From Peribolospora baueri (lineage: Eukaryota), in assembly GCA_029717555.1 (NCBI GenBank), contig JAMDHS010000083.1, positions 1-64,000 on the forward strand: a DNA stretch of 64,000 nt, in the 5' to 3' direction. The notes beneath the pieces were generated by a model. It worked only from the letters and a program-made list of their open reading frames with translations. It was not told where the DNA came from and ran no database searches. A program made the translations under genes and the position numbers. This document shows, in pieces, positions 13,001-25,048 of this stretch (position 1 is the first letter of the stretch; the number at the start of each line of letters is the position of its first letter).

Positions 13001-13128
13001 CTAGAGGCCGCCGCGCCGTCTTACATAGTGTACTCATGATTTGTTGCTAGGTGAGGTATCCAAAGATCCTCCCACTATCTATGTATGAAGACGTTAAAAA
13101 GCAGCCCAAGCCCATGACTTTCAATGCG
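12435..13128. repeat. Right arm of long inverted repeat, with an extra ~181-bp unit
   Basis: A 64-bp direct repeat (12597-12660 and 12778-12841) brackets sequence absent from the left arm. Confidence 0.95.
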
Positions 13129-13584
13129 CTTCGAGCCGACCGTCATCGAAGGATGCACGGACGACATGGAGCTCGCTAGAGAGGAGAGCTTTGCCCCCAT
13201 CTTGGCGCTATTTACCTTCCAAGACGAGAGAGAGAGGCGGGTGGCCCGCTCAGCTCGTCGTCCTCAGCCCGACCCGAGCATTATTCAAGCTCTTTCTTTC
13301 CTTTCGTTTTCCCCCCCTCGTAGGCCCTTTCCCGCGCCAACGCCACCTCCATGGGCCTGACGAACTACGTCTTCACACGCTCCCTCGACCGCGCCTGGCG
13401 CATGTACGAATGCTTCCAGTGCGGCAACGTCGGCATCAACACTGGCGTGACCACCAGCGCCGAGGCGCCGGTCGGAGGCGTCGATCAGAGCGGCTTTGGA
13501 AAGGAAGCGGGGATCGGGGCGGGCCTGGACGAGTATCTTGTCACCAAGACGGCCACTATGACTGTGTCCAATCCTTTCGCCTAG
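13129..13584 (+). pseudogene. 5'-truncated aldehyde dehydrogenase (succinate-semialdehyde dehydrogenase-like), C-terminal fragment only
   Basis: FEPTVIEGCTDDMELAREESFAPILALFTF, intron, then ALSRANATSMGLTNYVFT...GINTG...EAPVGGVDQSGFGKEAG...LDEYLVTK. The N-terminal part, including the catalytic Cys/Glu region, is missing. Confidence 0.88.
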
Positions 13585-13861
13585 GTACTGCCGTCTGCCT
13601 CTCTCTCTCTCTCTCGCATGCGTGTGGAGAACGGTGGTCAGGTTGGGAATTTCACAGGAGACGGTCTGCGTCCGAATCGCTGCTCCGTCCGCTCTTTCCA
13701 TGTCGTGCACGGACCGGCAGACCGTGCCGCAGCCGACATTGGCACTGGACTCGTGTCATCTGCGTATGGACAGAGAGCGAACGCCGGCGCCGTCGCCGTT
13801 CGAAGGAGACGTGTTCCAGCGACCACAAGGGCCGTCCCGAGTACCGTGGGCCACTCGAGGA

Positions 13862-15220
13862 TCAAACGCAGCGTCCGCCGTCCACTTCGAGGCTGTCACC
13901 CGAGCAAAACGGCAGGTAGGTCGTCGACATCAGCCCTCGGCGGCAACTCGGCGCTCGGCAGCACTACGGATGCTCCTGGGTGATCCGCCGGCAAGAAGAA
14001 AGGACGACGAGAGATGGGGGTCGAAGAGGCGCACCCCGCCCTCCACTCGCTCTGTTCCGGTCACGAACGCGCTGGCCGGATCGGCGAAGAAGACGGCCGC
14101 GTTGGCCACGTCCTCCGGCTCGCTCAGCCGGCCAAGCGGTACGGTGCTCTTGAACGCGTTCAGCTGCGCGTCCGTCACGGGCACTCCGGGCGTGGATTGG
14201 CCGAGGAAGACGGAGAGCCTGCGCGGGGTGAAGTGGCGGGCGTCAGACTACTTGTCCGTGTGTGTTATACCGTGCCGCCATGACTCACAGAGGCGTGTTG
14301 CCAGCGACGGGACAGATGCAGTTGAACCTTGAGATGCGTTTCCTTATCAGCGCGCGCCCCTTCACAAGGGAAGCCGCGGCGGCAAACGGGCTCGCCGAAT
14401 CTGGTCCTTTGCATATTCGAGTGTCATGGCCTTGCTGGCTGTCGACACGGCCGCTTTGGTGGCGCAATGCCACGTCAAGCCCGAGCGCGGACGGATGGCG
14501 GCCGTCGAGCTGACGGTGATGAAAGAGCCGCCCTTGCCCTGGGATTGAAAGTAGGGGACGATGACTTGGCTCGATAGATAGATGGACTGCAGGGGGGGCA
14601 ACGGGTCGAGGGCGATGAATATGGACGATCCGTCGACGTGCTCTCATCCACATCCCATCCCTCCGCCCACCTTGGGACGTTGACGTCGAAGACTTTGTCG
14701 AATTCCGCCTCGGTCACATGTCCGGTCGGCTTGTTGGGATACGTCCAGCCGGCATTGTTGACCTGAAAAGCGTTCGAATGATGTGAGCGCGCTGACTTTT
14801 GGGCGCCATGATGCGTTTCGAAAGACGGACGGCTCACGACCGAAAGGCCGACGTGACCAGCCGCCGCGACTGGGAGGCGGCGTTGGAGGAGTGCAAGGAG
14901 CGGTGGGATCGGCTGGATGCCCTGACCTTTCTTTATTCTGTCCACGGCATCGAATTGATATCGACCTCGCTGTGTGAGGTCCTTTTGCGCATGGAAGATT
15001 ATGCCGGCGCCTGTCAAACAGCGAAACGGATGATCAGCTCGCGACGCGATTTGACTTTTGTCCCTAACCACTCACCAAAACCTTGTCCGCCTCCAGTGAC
15101 GATGGATACCTGGCAGTGGTGAGAGGCACGGTGAGACGACCTGGCGGACGCGACCTCGCGCTCGTTCTCTCTCTCTCTCTCTCTCTCACACACCTGACCG
15201 CTGAGTCGACCAGAGCTCAT
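13862..15220 (-). pseudogene. Short-chain dehydrogenase/reductase (FabG-like) pseudogene with internal inversion
   Basis: MSSGRLSGQVSIVTGGGQGFG, VNNAG, RFNCICP, VPLGRLSEPEDVANAAVF and LEVDGGRCV*. Catalytic YxxxK reads HCATK, there is a +2 frameshift at FDVNV(cc)K, and segment 14763-14924 is on the opposite strand. Confidence 0.88.
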
Positions 15221-15849
15221 TTCTGGCTAGGTGGATGGAGGTGCGTGGCGGAGAAGCAACTCTTGCTTTATATACCTTCCCCGCAACGCATGCGCTCGCC
15301 CTCTCGCACGATCTGTTGCGCCGCCTCTCACGCCGTCCTAAGCAGACCCGCAACGGCTGATCAGGGCCGGGCCTGCCTGGACGACGAGGGCACACCCAGG
15401 AACATTTACACGATGGGCAACCATTCGGCCCGGCGGCGGCGTTCCAACAACGAACGCCTCACAAAGGACAACCCACCCGCGTACCCGCCCCGCCGCAACG
15501 GCCAGCGAATTTAGATGATGATCGGCACCGATTGCGGCTTGACGTTTGCAGGCGAAGCTTTGATCACTGACAATTACAGCCGCCAGACGGTATGAGAGGG
15601 ATCTTAGGTAATCATGCCTCTACGCCAAAAGGGGTCCAGACGAGGAGCCCGAATGGGCTCTCCGATACATTGTTCCATGAATGTGCAGCATAACCCGTAA
15701 CCCTTGCCTTCCTTCCAATAGGGCGACAAATTCAAAAGATTCGCAACGACTTTTGGGTCAAAGGAGGCATCGACAGGATCAGTTATAACCACGTTCCCGA
15801 CAACGTTCCCATCAACTTCGTTCCCATCACCTTCCAATCAACAAAAATG

Positions 15850-15946
15850 GCTCCGTTGGCTCAGTTGGTTAGCGCGTCTGACTGTTATGGAGTCGTGAGA
15901 CTCGGTTGACATCAGGAGGTCGATAGTTCGAACCTATCACGGAGCG
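15850..15946 (+). tRNA. tRNA-Asn (anticodon GTT) with 23-nt intron (15888-15910)
   Basis: Acceptor stem GCTCCGT/ACGGAGC, D-arm GCTCAGTTGGTTAGCGC, anticodon GTT at 15884-15886, T-loop GTTCGAA, and a downstream T-run (Pol III terminator). Confidence 0.95.
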
Positions 15947-16176
15947 TTTCTTTTTGGCTTTTTGGCGCGGAACATGGCACGTGATGGTCCTTGGATTTGT
16001 TTGGCTAGTCAGGTGGGGATGATGTCGTCTCCGCTTGTATCCGGTATATTACATATTTGCTACATCCACAAAAGGCACCACAGAGCAAGTTGCATGTCTC
16101 GTCCGCGAGCCGGGCCTTCTGTCGGGGTGGACGTGGAGCGCTGATTGCATGACCGAGATATTCACCTAGGACCGGC

Positions 16177-16242
16177 TCGACGGTCTCAAAGTCGGAAAAG
16201 GAGGCAACAAAGCCAGCCGCGACGATCCGCACTTCGAGTTTG
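16177..16242 (-). pseudogene. 66-bp relic copy of part of a 3' exon of the adjacent P450
   Basis: Matches 16747-16812 with 5 mismatches; KLEVRIVAAGFVASFSDFETV versus KLEVRIVTAAFVASFSDFEAV. Confidence 0.85.
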
Positions 16243-16543
16243 CGACTTGCCCGGTGCAGATGATATCACTGGGTCGAGAGCAGAGCAGTGTCGCGACGAT
16301 CCCCCATCGCAACCCATGTACCCCAGGGATATCTTACTCTGCAGGACACATACCCCAGGCGACGTTGCTCTCCATCTCCATCTGACAGCTATCCACCACA
16401 GGGACGTCAGACGACTAACGAATGGCTTTCAATCAGCCGAGTTCATGCGATACAAGACTTCGGTAACACCAGCTCTCGTGTCGGCTTCTCTTTCGAACGA
16501 ATTCGGTACCCTCCGCGCTCGCAGCGTCGTCTGTTGCGAATGC

Positions 16544-18928
16544 TCATTCGGGGCCCCTCTTGCACCGGAGACGGACAGGCTGGAAGGAGCGGTTGGGAAC
16601 GGACAAACAAAGAGAACGTGAGTTATGTGCAATAGAGACATAATCACGGCGGGAACAGGCGCACCTTCACAGGAGGGCGGTAATGGAACAGCACTTCGTC
16701 CGCCTTCGGCACCGTCTCCGGCGCGTATGGCGTGCCGTCCCGCGGATCGACGGCCTCAAAGTCGGAAAAGGAGGCGACAAAGGCAGCGGTGACGATCCGC
16801 ACTTCGAGTTTGGCGAAACGCATGCCCAGGCAGGGGTGGAGGCCTGCGTCGGTCGAAGAGCGTCAGGTGCAGTTTCATGTCCAACCCCGGACCGCGTCCA
16901 CTCACCGGTACCCCATCCCAGAAACTCGTCCTCTCCCTTCCCCTCTCCTCTGCTCCACCGGTCCGCGTCGAACGCCGTCGGGTTGGAGTAGATCTGAAAA
17001 GAGAGATGCGTGCCTCCGAGCCAGTACGCCAGGTAGTCTCCCGGCTGGAGCGCGAGGCCCTGGGCGGAGACGGCATCGTCCGCGTCGACGCCCCCGTAGT
17101 AGCGGAAAGCGACCCTGCCAGCGGCGGACAATCCGACCTGAGCGATGAGGCGATAGCCTGATGCCGTCCGATTCGAAAACGCTCACCCCGTCACGTAACG
17201 ACGCATCGTCTCTTTGAGACAAGAGTCCACGAGCTCGAGGCTCCGTTCCCAGGTGTCCAACGGGACGTGACCGAGGTGCTCGGCGAGAGACATCTGAGAC
17301 ACATGTCAAAGCCGTGTTGACGGCCGCCTCTAGTCGACGCAGAGTCGATCCCGACGACGGACACTCACGCTCTCGAAATCCTCGCCCCTCTCTTCAGCCG
17401 ACCGGCGCACCATCTCGACCACCTCTCGCCGCACGCGCCGGCGGAGCGCCGGGTCGGCGCCGACATGAACGAGCAACCAGGCGGCCATGCCGGTCCTAAG
17501 CGGCGCAAGCAACAGAAAAAAAAGGTCAGGTCGAGATGGATAAGGCGACGAATGCAAACTGGCGACGCACGAGTTGACGATGGCAGCAAACAGGGCGCCG
17601 ATGATCCACTGAAGTGACGATCCAAACGTGAGCCCATGGGACCAGCCATCATCCTTCTCTCAGACCCACCTGCACAATCTTCCTCTGCCCCACACCCTTG
17701 TCGAGCATGACCTGCACGTAGTCCTCCTCTCTCCTCCCTTCCTCCACCCTCTTGGCCAAAGTGCTGCTGATCATCCTATACAGGCTGATGGCTCCGTACA
17801 GGCGCTTGAGCGAGGAAGGGAACGGGAGATAGGGAAATAGGGTCGCAAAGAAGCCGGTGTTATTTTCGACCATCCAGCTTGTGTGGCGGCGCGCGAGTTC
17901 CGAAGGGCACGGGAGGAAACGGTGAGCGACGCGAAACTCGCCCTACCGAGTCTTGTGTAAACGCGCTCACTAGACGTCGCTCATCTTGGAAATGGTCTTG
18001 AGATCCCGCGCGTGTTCTGCCAGTCCAACGGTTCGGATGGAGAGGTGAAAGACGAGCTGGTCCAAACGGGATCGTCGTATGCACGGTCAGCAGCACCCAC
18101 TTCTAGCACGTCCTGGGCGACGCAATGACGCATCCGCGCCTTCGTCAGAGCGCCGGGGCCCAGGTGCCCACCTTGTGAATCATGTCCCAACAGTCCACCA
18201 GCCCACCATCCTCGACCGCGCCAAACGCGCTCACGCAATCGCCCACCATGTCCTGCAGCAGCCTGCCTCCCAATCTCTTGGTGTTCGTCGCGACCCTCAA
18301 ATGCGTCGCGAGAAAGTTCTCCCCTTTCCTTTCTGCTTTCCTCCCAGCCGATGTGGTGGGGGCGCTCGGAGGAGAGGGCACGCCGGCGAAGAGTGTAGTG
18401 TAGCCCTTGGAAAAGTCGACAGAGCGAGAATGGAAGAACGTCTTTCCGAAGGCATGCGAAGTGCCTAGAGCGACATGGTAGGAGAGGATATTGAAAAATA
18501 CGAGAGGCGGGGCGGGGTCGGTGGGCGAGGCGGACGTCGGGTCGCCTAGGTGGTCATAGACACTGAGAGTGGGAGTGCAAGCGGACAGGTGTAAGCAGGG
18601 AGCAGGCGCGTCACTCACACGCTGTCTAGCGCAACGCAAACAAAACGAGTGCAACGCACAACCGAATCCTTTTGGAATAGAACACCGTTTGACCGAGCCC
18701 GGGGAAGAGCGCTGGCAGCCAGCGTCCTCCGACGGCGGACGACGGACCGACGCCGATCAGCTCGTTCGTCGCTCTGGCATTCCTCTGTTTGATAGTCTGG
18801 GGGGTGGTAAAAAGTTTGTAGGTCAGGTAGGCGAGAGAGAGGATCAGAAGGCAGAGCAGGACTTTGGCGAGATCGCCGCCCGACGCAAGGCGTAGGGGGA
18901 GCAAGGAGAAGGAAACCGTGGACATCAT
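16544..18928 (-). CDS. Cytochrome P450 (CYP51/CYP7-like type)
   Basis: N-terminal TM anchor, I-helix ALFAAIVNST, K-helix ETMR, FDADRW, heme motif FLGWGTGLHPCLG. About 9 introns; frame appears intact. Confidence 0.9.
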
Positions 18929-19556
18929 GTTGGTGGTAAAGACGGTGGCAATGGCGGTGGCAAGGATGGTGGTACAGGATCGAGGATGCGGGAAGCGGCA
19001 AAGGCAGGGATGGGAGGGGCGGTGTATGCGTCGAGCGGACTCTGGTTATACCTGCGCAGGGCAGTTGAGATCAACTCCTCGCTTTGTCTTCCGCGCTTGG
19101 AGTCCGCCTGAGTCTCCTCATCCATACCATGCATCCAGTTCTGCCACCATGCACAGGTAGCAACAATATGCGTTCCTTCATCGTCCAAAACCATCAAAGG
19201 GTCCTGTTGGAAGGCCGATGGATGGCAAAAAAACATTTCGCAGATATACCAAATAGCAGGGGCGACCGCAGAAATGCGCGTGGCAGACGTGGCCAGCATT
19301 GCGGCCAAGCTGAGTTAGGATTGCCTATGTTCGCTGCTCCGCCCACGCACATTGAATTGTCCGAAGCCTTGCACAACTTCTGGTCCGATAGGCGCCATCT
19401 TGTCTGCGTTCTTTGCTGCCAGTGCACACGGGTCCACCCCAGACCATCCCACCGCATGCAAGAAAGACACAAATGAGCGACAAGCAGAAAGCGATCAAAC
19501 TACCATCCCGCGTTGCCTCCCAAGAGTGGCCTGCCCGTTACTAATAAAGCGATCAC

Positions 19557-20325
<769 letters not shown>

Positions 20326-20711
20326 GCCTGTCCCGGGACGCACGCCACCTGGCCATCGCGCGGCGTTTGCTACTCTCCGAACCTCCGCCCGTCCCCCATC
20401 ACGTCTTACGCTCGAAGCACCGTGCCTTTGTATACTCTAGGCCTTCCATCGCTGTGTACTCATAGTGTGACCCTCTCTTGCCGCTCTGGCCAATCCGTTT
20501 GACATGCTGTAGCAGCCGCGTGAATGGACCAGCTGTCGTGTTCGCCAGGTGCCAGATCGACCAACCACCGATACCGCGCACGACAGCTAGCATACAGAAC
20601 GAGCGACCCCACTGCTACTTCTTCTTCACCGGTTTATCCTTAGCCGACTTTGTTCGGCGTCCCGGCGTCCAGGCCCGGATCCGCTTTCGTCCCCTTGCGA
20701 GTCTCGTTTGC

Positions 20712-23700
20712 TTAGTTGGGACTTTGTGCCACCGCGGCCGTCGGCAAAGCAGCGGCGTCGGTGCGACCAGAAAGTCTGGCCGCCTTGGCGAACTTGAAGA
20801 CTTGATCGATCTCGTCTGCAGCCTTGGACCTCCGCTTCTTGTCCTTCTTTCGTCTCTTCCCTTTCTCCGCCGCCTTGTCGTTCGCGCCGTCGTTCCCCCA
20901 TTCCGACTCTGCCGGGCGTTTCTTTGCGTTCTCCCGAGACTCCTTCGCATGCGCGGCTTGGTCGGAAGACGGGACCTGTGGAGGAACGGGGGCAGAAGAG
21001 GGCGCAGACGACGCGATTGCGGTCGCTTGGGTAATAGGTTTGGCCAAGCTTTCTCGCCATTCGTCGTATCGACGCCGATAGAGATTGAGGTTGACGCGTC
21101 GAATGAAGAATCGGCCGTACGGCGAAGCGAGAAGCTGCCGTTCTCGAGGAGCGAGGGCCGCTGCGACCTTGTCCTGTCGATTCCGGTCAGGCCCGTCGTC
21201 AGTCCTCTGAATCCTGAAAGAGGCGGCGCGCGGCCCCAGCAGCGCAGCTTACCTTGAAGTAGAGGTCAGCGCCGTCCCAAACGGCGTCCGCTACTCGACT
21301 ACCGAACTTGTCCTCTGCCAACTGGTAAAGGCAGGACAACAAGGCGCTCACAAGCTGCTTGCGGGCCTTGGGCGACACCTTGCCTGCTGGTCGGAGAGAG
21401 GCGATAACGACGTGGCAGCCGATCTGATCGCAGCAGATGGATCTCAGATCCGTCTGGTCGAGCGAGAGCAGGCTCTCCAAGACAATCTGACTATGAGGCG
21501 CGGAAAGGTTGAGCAGAGATTGGAGGACCAAGCTGCCTTGCATGCTCGTCGGCCGCCGGTCATTGACTATATTTCGCATCCCTCCTCTGCCCTTCGCGCG
21601 AGCCGCCTCCGCATCTGCGCCGGTATCTTCATCTTGGTGACCGTCCGCATCCTGCGTCTCTTCCTCGTCCTCGGCACCTTCCGCTGCTCTGTCCTTGCCC
21701 TTGACACGCTTCATCCACTGCTTGTGAGTCTGTAGGGTGAGCAAGCACGGCACGAGGACCTTGCGCTCTTCCGCTGAAGACAGGCCGAAGCCATCACAAA
21801 CAGCCTGTCAAAGCGGGCAAGCGAGAAAAGGAAAAGGTGGCATCGGTGTCAGCCACGACGGGATGGACAAGAGGCTGACGAGCAAGGTCCTTTGAGCGCA
21901 CCTCGATGATCTCTCCCTCCGCAACGCCGAGGACGGCGGCGCGATCTATCAATGCCTTGACCGGTCCCAGACGCGATGCCTCTGTGGTTTGGGACAGTCA
22001 CGGTCAGTATCGAAACCCAAGCAGGAGCGCACCAAAGAACACTCACTAACTAGCTTTCCAATACCCGGGCCCACTTCGCCAACCGCCGTGGTCAGCTGCT
22101 CCCCGGACAGTCGCTTGCACGCCTCGGCGACCACAAAGTTAGCTACCGGGTGTGTGCCAAGTCTGACCAGGCGCTCCGAGAAATACGTCCTCCACAGGAC
22201 GTCGAATGCAGGATCTGGCGAAAGGGACACTATGCGCTCGAAGGCGTGTGAGGCTGTCTGGTCACGGAGAAGAGATTCGAGGTAGTCGGTGCGATCCCGT
22301 CCGCCTCCCGGGTTTTCTTCTGTAGTCGGGAGTGAAATCGGGTAGAGCAACAATTGTGAGGAGAGCGTCGTGGACAAAGATGCGCTATACGGCTCGTACT
22401 GCCTAATAAGCACACGCACCGATGCTTGCGATCAACCCGCCCGTCACGCGGTCCATGAGACTGCCCCGTTCTCCACTCTTTCCCTGCTCCGCCTCGACCT
22501 CGAGCAGCATTTGCAGAGTGGGGCTGGCCACCGGGCTGACGGTGAGTGCTCTGGCCTCGTTCTCTCCAAGGTCCTTGACCAGTGCATCTACCATCGTCCG
22601 CAGCTCTTCCCTAAATGCCTCCCGCTTCTGACTTTCGCGCTTTCGTCCTTCTTTACCTTTTGTCTTGCCTTGCGTTTCGTTGGGGTCCACGCCGGAGACG
22701 GCGGTCAAGAGCCGCATGGATACTTCCTTGGCCTTGAACTTTGCGCTCTTTTTAGACCGCACAGAGGAGGGGTCAGACGATGGGGACACGGGCTTGAGGG
22801 AGAGAATAAGGAGAGCGACTCGAAGCACGTGCGACGCGAAAGGGTCTTGGATGAGAATGGGCAGAGAAGGGCGAAGCTCCTGCGGTGCCACGACGCAAAG
22901 CAACATGAGCGGATAACCTTACGAAGGCAAAAATAATATCTGCTGAACGAACACGCACTTCGCATGCATCGAGGAACAGTTGTTGAGCGGTTCTGAGCGT
23001 GCCAGTGTCGATGTCGTCTCTCTCAGACCTTGGAACCGCTACACCGTTGAACACCTCTCTCTCTATCGCAGAGCTCGATAGCGTAAACAGCGTTTGACAG
23101 ACGTGAGAGGCAAAGCGATGCGTCGTGAGAGCTTCATAGCTGTGCACGGAAAGGGTTCGGATAAACGTCGAAGACGATCAGCGCCCAAAACATCACGTAA
23201 GGTGGAGAATTGGAGCGAGAGGGAGACTGCACTCACTTCCCGGACAAAGAATCCATAAACACCCTCCTTGAAACGTCATCCATGGCATACAGGAGCCGTT
23301 CCAACACGATAGAGCAGTCAGGGTCGGTCGCGAGCTGGAGTTCTTTTCCTTGTAGCTCGTTGAGCGCGGCCTTGACGAAGAGCTTCTGATCTGCACGGGT
23401 TCCGAGATGACGAAATGCGAGAGTCAACACATACGATGCCCCTTGAGCAACGCAATCAAATGAGAGATTCTATCTACCTTCCGCGACCTCGACCTTGTCC
23501 TCCTCCTCTGCCCACGCACCCGCCCTCGCCATCTCCTCCTCCTGCTCGGCATACTCTTTCAGCTTCTCCCCAACAGTGCGAAAATAAGCCTTGACCTCGG
23601 GATCAACAAATCCCCACGGCGCAATTTCCGAGTAGTCGAGCGGTCGCTGCTCGGACGCGGGCGCTTTGACCCACGACGGCGTCGAACCATCCCCCGCGTC

Positions 23701-23817
23701 CACAACCGCATCCCTCTCCTCCTCCGGCTGCTCCTCGAATGCAGCCTGAGCTGCTGCTGCCTCCTCTCGGGTCTTGGCACGGTTCCTTCGCCCACGCTTG
23801 CGCACCTCGCGAGGCAT
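20712..23817 (-). CDS. NOP9: Nucleolar protein 9 (Pumilio-repeat 18S rRNA maturation factor)
   Basis: [81 protein letters not shown] and DKFGSRVAD. Confidence 0.92.
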
Positions 23818-24062
23818 TCTGTCCTAATGATGACTTGCCTGGTTGGTATTGAGGGGGATGGAAGGCGAACGGCGACAGACGACGACGGCTCTGATACGTC
23901 TCCCTCATTTCTTCTCGCCTACCCCGTCATGGAGCCGCAGTTTTTGGACGAGCGTGTTGCACGTGACTGGCTCTCACACTTTACACGTGCTGCGCGTCGG
24001 CTTGTCGTCCCACAAGACCTTCACCACCACCGCAAACGCACGCAACCAGCGCAGCCCCGACC

Positions 24063-24912
24063 ATGCCGCCGAAAACTCGGCCCACCCCACAGACGCTCCT
24101 CGTCTCCTACCTGCTCACTTCCACCGCGCTCCTTGATGACATCTCTCTTGCAGACTTGCAGAAGCACGTCCCACCTCAGTTCCGCGCCCACCCGCGTCTC
24201 AAGACCGTCCTCCGCTCCCTCCAAGCGCAGAGGACGCACGTGCGCAACCGCGTCAAGCGCAACCTCGTGCTCGAGCTTGATGTCATTTCCGGTGCTTCTG
24301 CAACCGGGGCGCGAGAGAAGAAGGGGAAGCGGAAGCGAGGGGCAAGACATGGGATGCAGGAGGAGGGAGAGGAGGGGGAGGAGGAGGAGGAATGGGTGGA
24401 CGAGCCGGAACGGAGGGGGGACCAGGCGGCCCTCCGAGAGCGTCCGGGAAGCAAGCTAATAGGTTTGAAGGAGGCCGTTGAATGGCTGCGAGGGGAGGAG
24501 GAAAGGTTGGCGAGTGAGACGGAGGAGGGGGAGAAGCGCGCGAAGGAGGTGATGAGGGATATGGAAAGGCGAGTGCGAACCGTCTCCGTCGACCATCCTG
24601 GCAACCGTCGAATGAGCCGCTACAACGCTCATCGCATTTCCGTTTCAATGGTTGTGCCTTGTCACCCACGCGTTGGTTTATTCAGGCGCGTCTCTGCGCT
24701 GTCCGACCTTCGCTACGGACGTCGGGACCAAGAAATCGGCGCGGAGGAGATTATCGCCGACATCGATGTGAGCCTCGCACTCGTTCTCGCCCTTCCCTTC
24801 CAAGACGGCCCAGAAAGCGGTCCAGAACACTAACCGAGCCGCTTTTTTTTCCGCCGCTCCATCTCAGAAATTGATCGCGGCCTGCCGATCTTTGGCGGCA
24901 TCGACTCGATGA
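24063..24912 (+). CDS. Cnl2/Nkp2-family kinetochore protein
   Basis: YLLTSTALLDDISLADLQKHVPPQFRAHPRLKTVLRSLQAQR, a coiled coil and VSALSDLRYG resemble the Cnl2/Nkp2 family as recalled. Two introns. Confidence 0.7.
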
Positions 24913-25048
24913 TTCACACAAGCGCGAAAGACCTTCGAGCAGGCCCCGCTTCCAAATTTCTAAATCCCGTATTCGAAGATATAACACGTTGAACCACGCC
25001 ATTCGGCAACCCATTCGCGGCAGATCAGTCAAGCTTTCCACGCGGGCT

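Larger units (their letters stand above)
10150..13128. mobile_element. Lower-GC insert, probably a repeat- or TE-derived fold-back structure; no transposase recognised
   Basis: Composition shift, long inverted arms, internal tandem duplications and an abrupt junction into an ALDH exon at 13128/13129. No target-site duplication found; left boundary approximate. Confidence 0.45.

Noticed and set aside
10800..13137. Classic TIR transposon with target-site duplication
   Set aside because: The flanks CTTTTGACC and CTTCGAGCC match at only 5 of 9 positions, no transposase motif is visible, and related sequence continues left of the arm.
15515..15570. C/D box snoRNA candidate (ATGATGA...CTGA)
   Set aside because: Too short, with no convincing terminal stem or recognisable rRNA guide.
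15604..15837. 77-aa ORF upstream of the tRNA
   Set aside because: Non-ATG start and no recognisable homology; possibly repeat debris, but unsupported.
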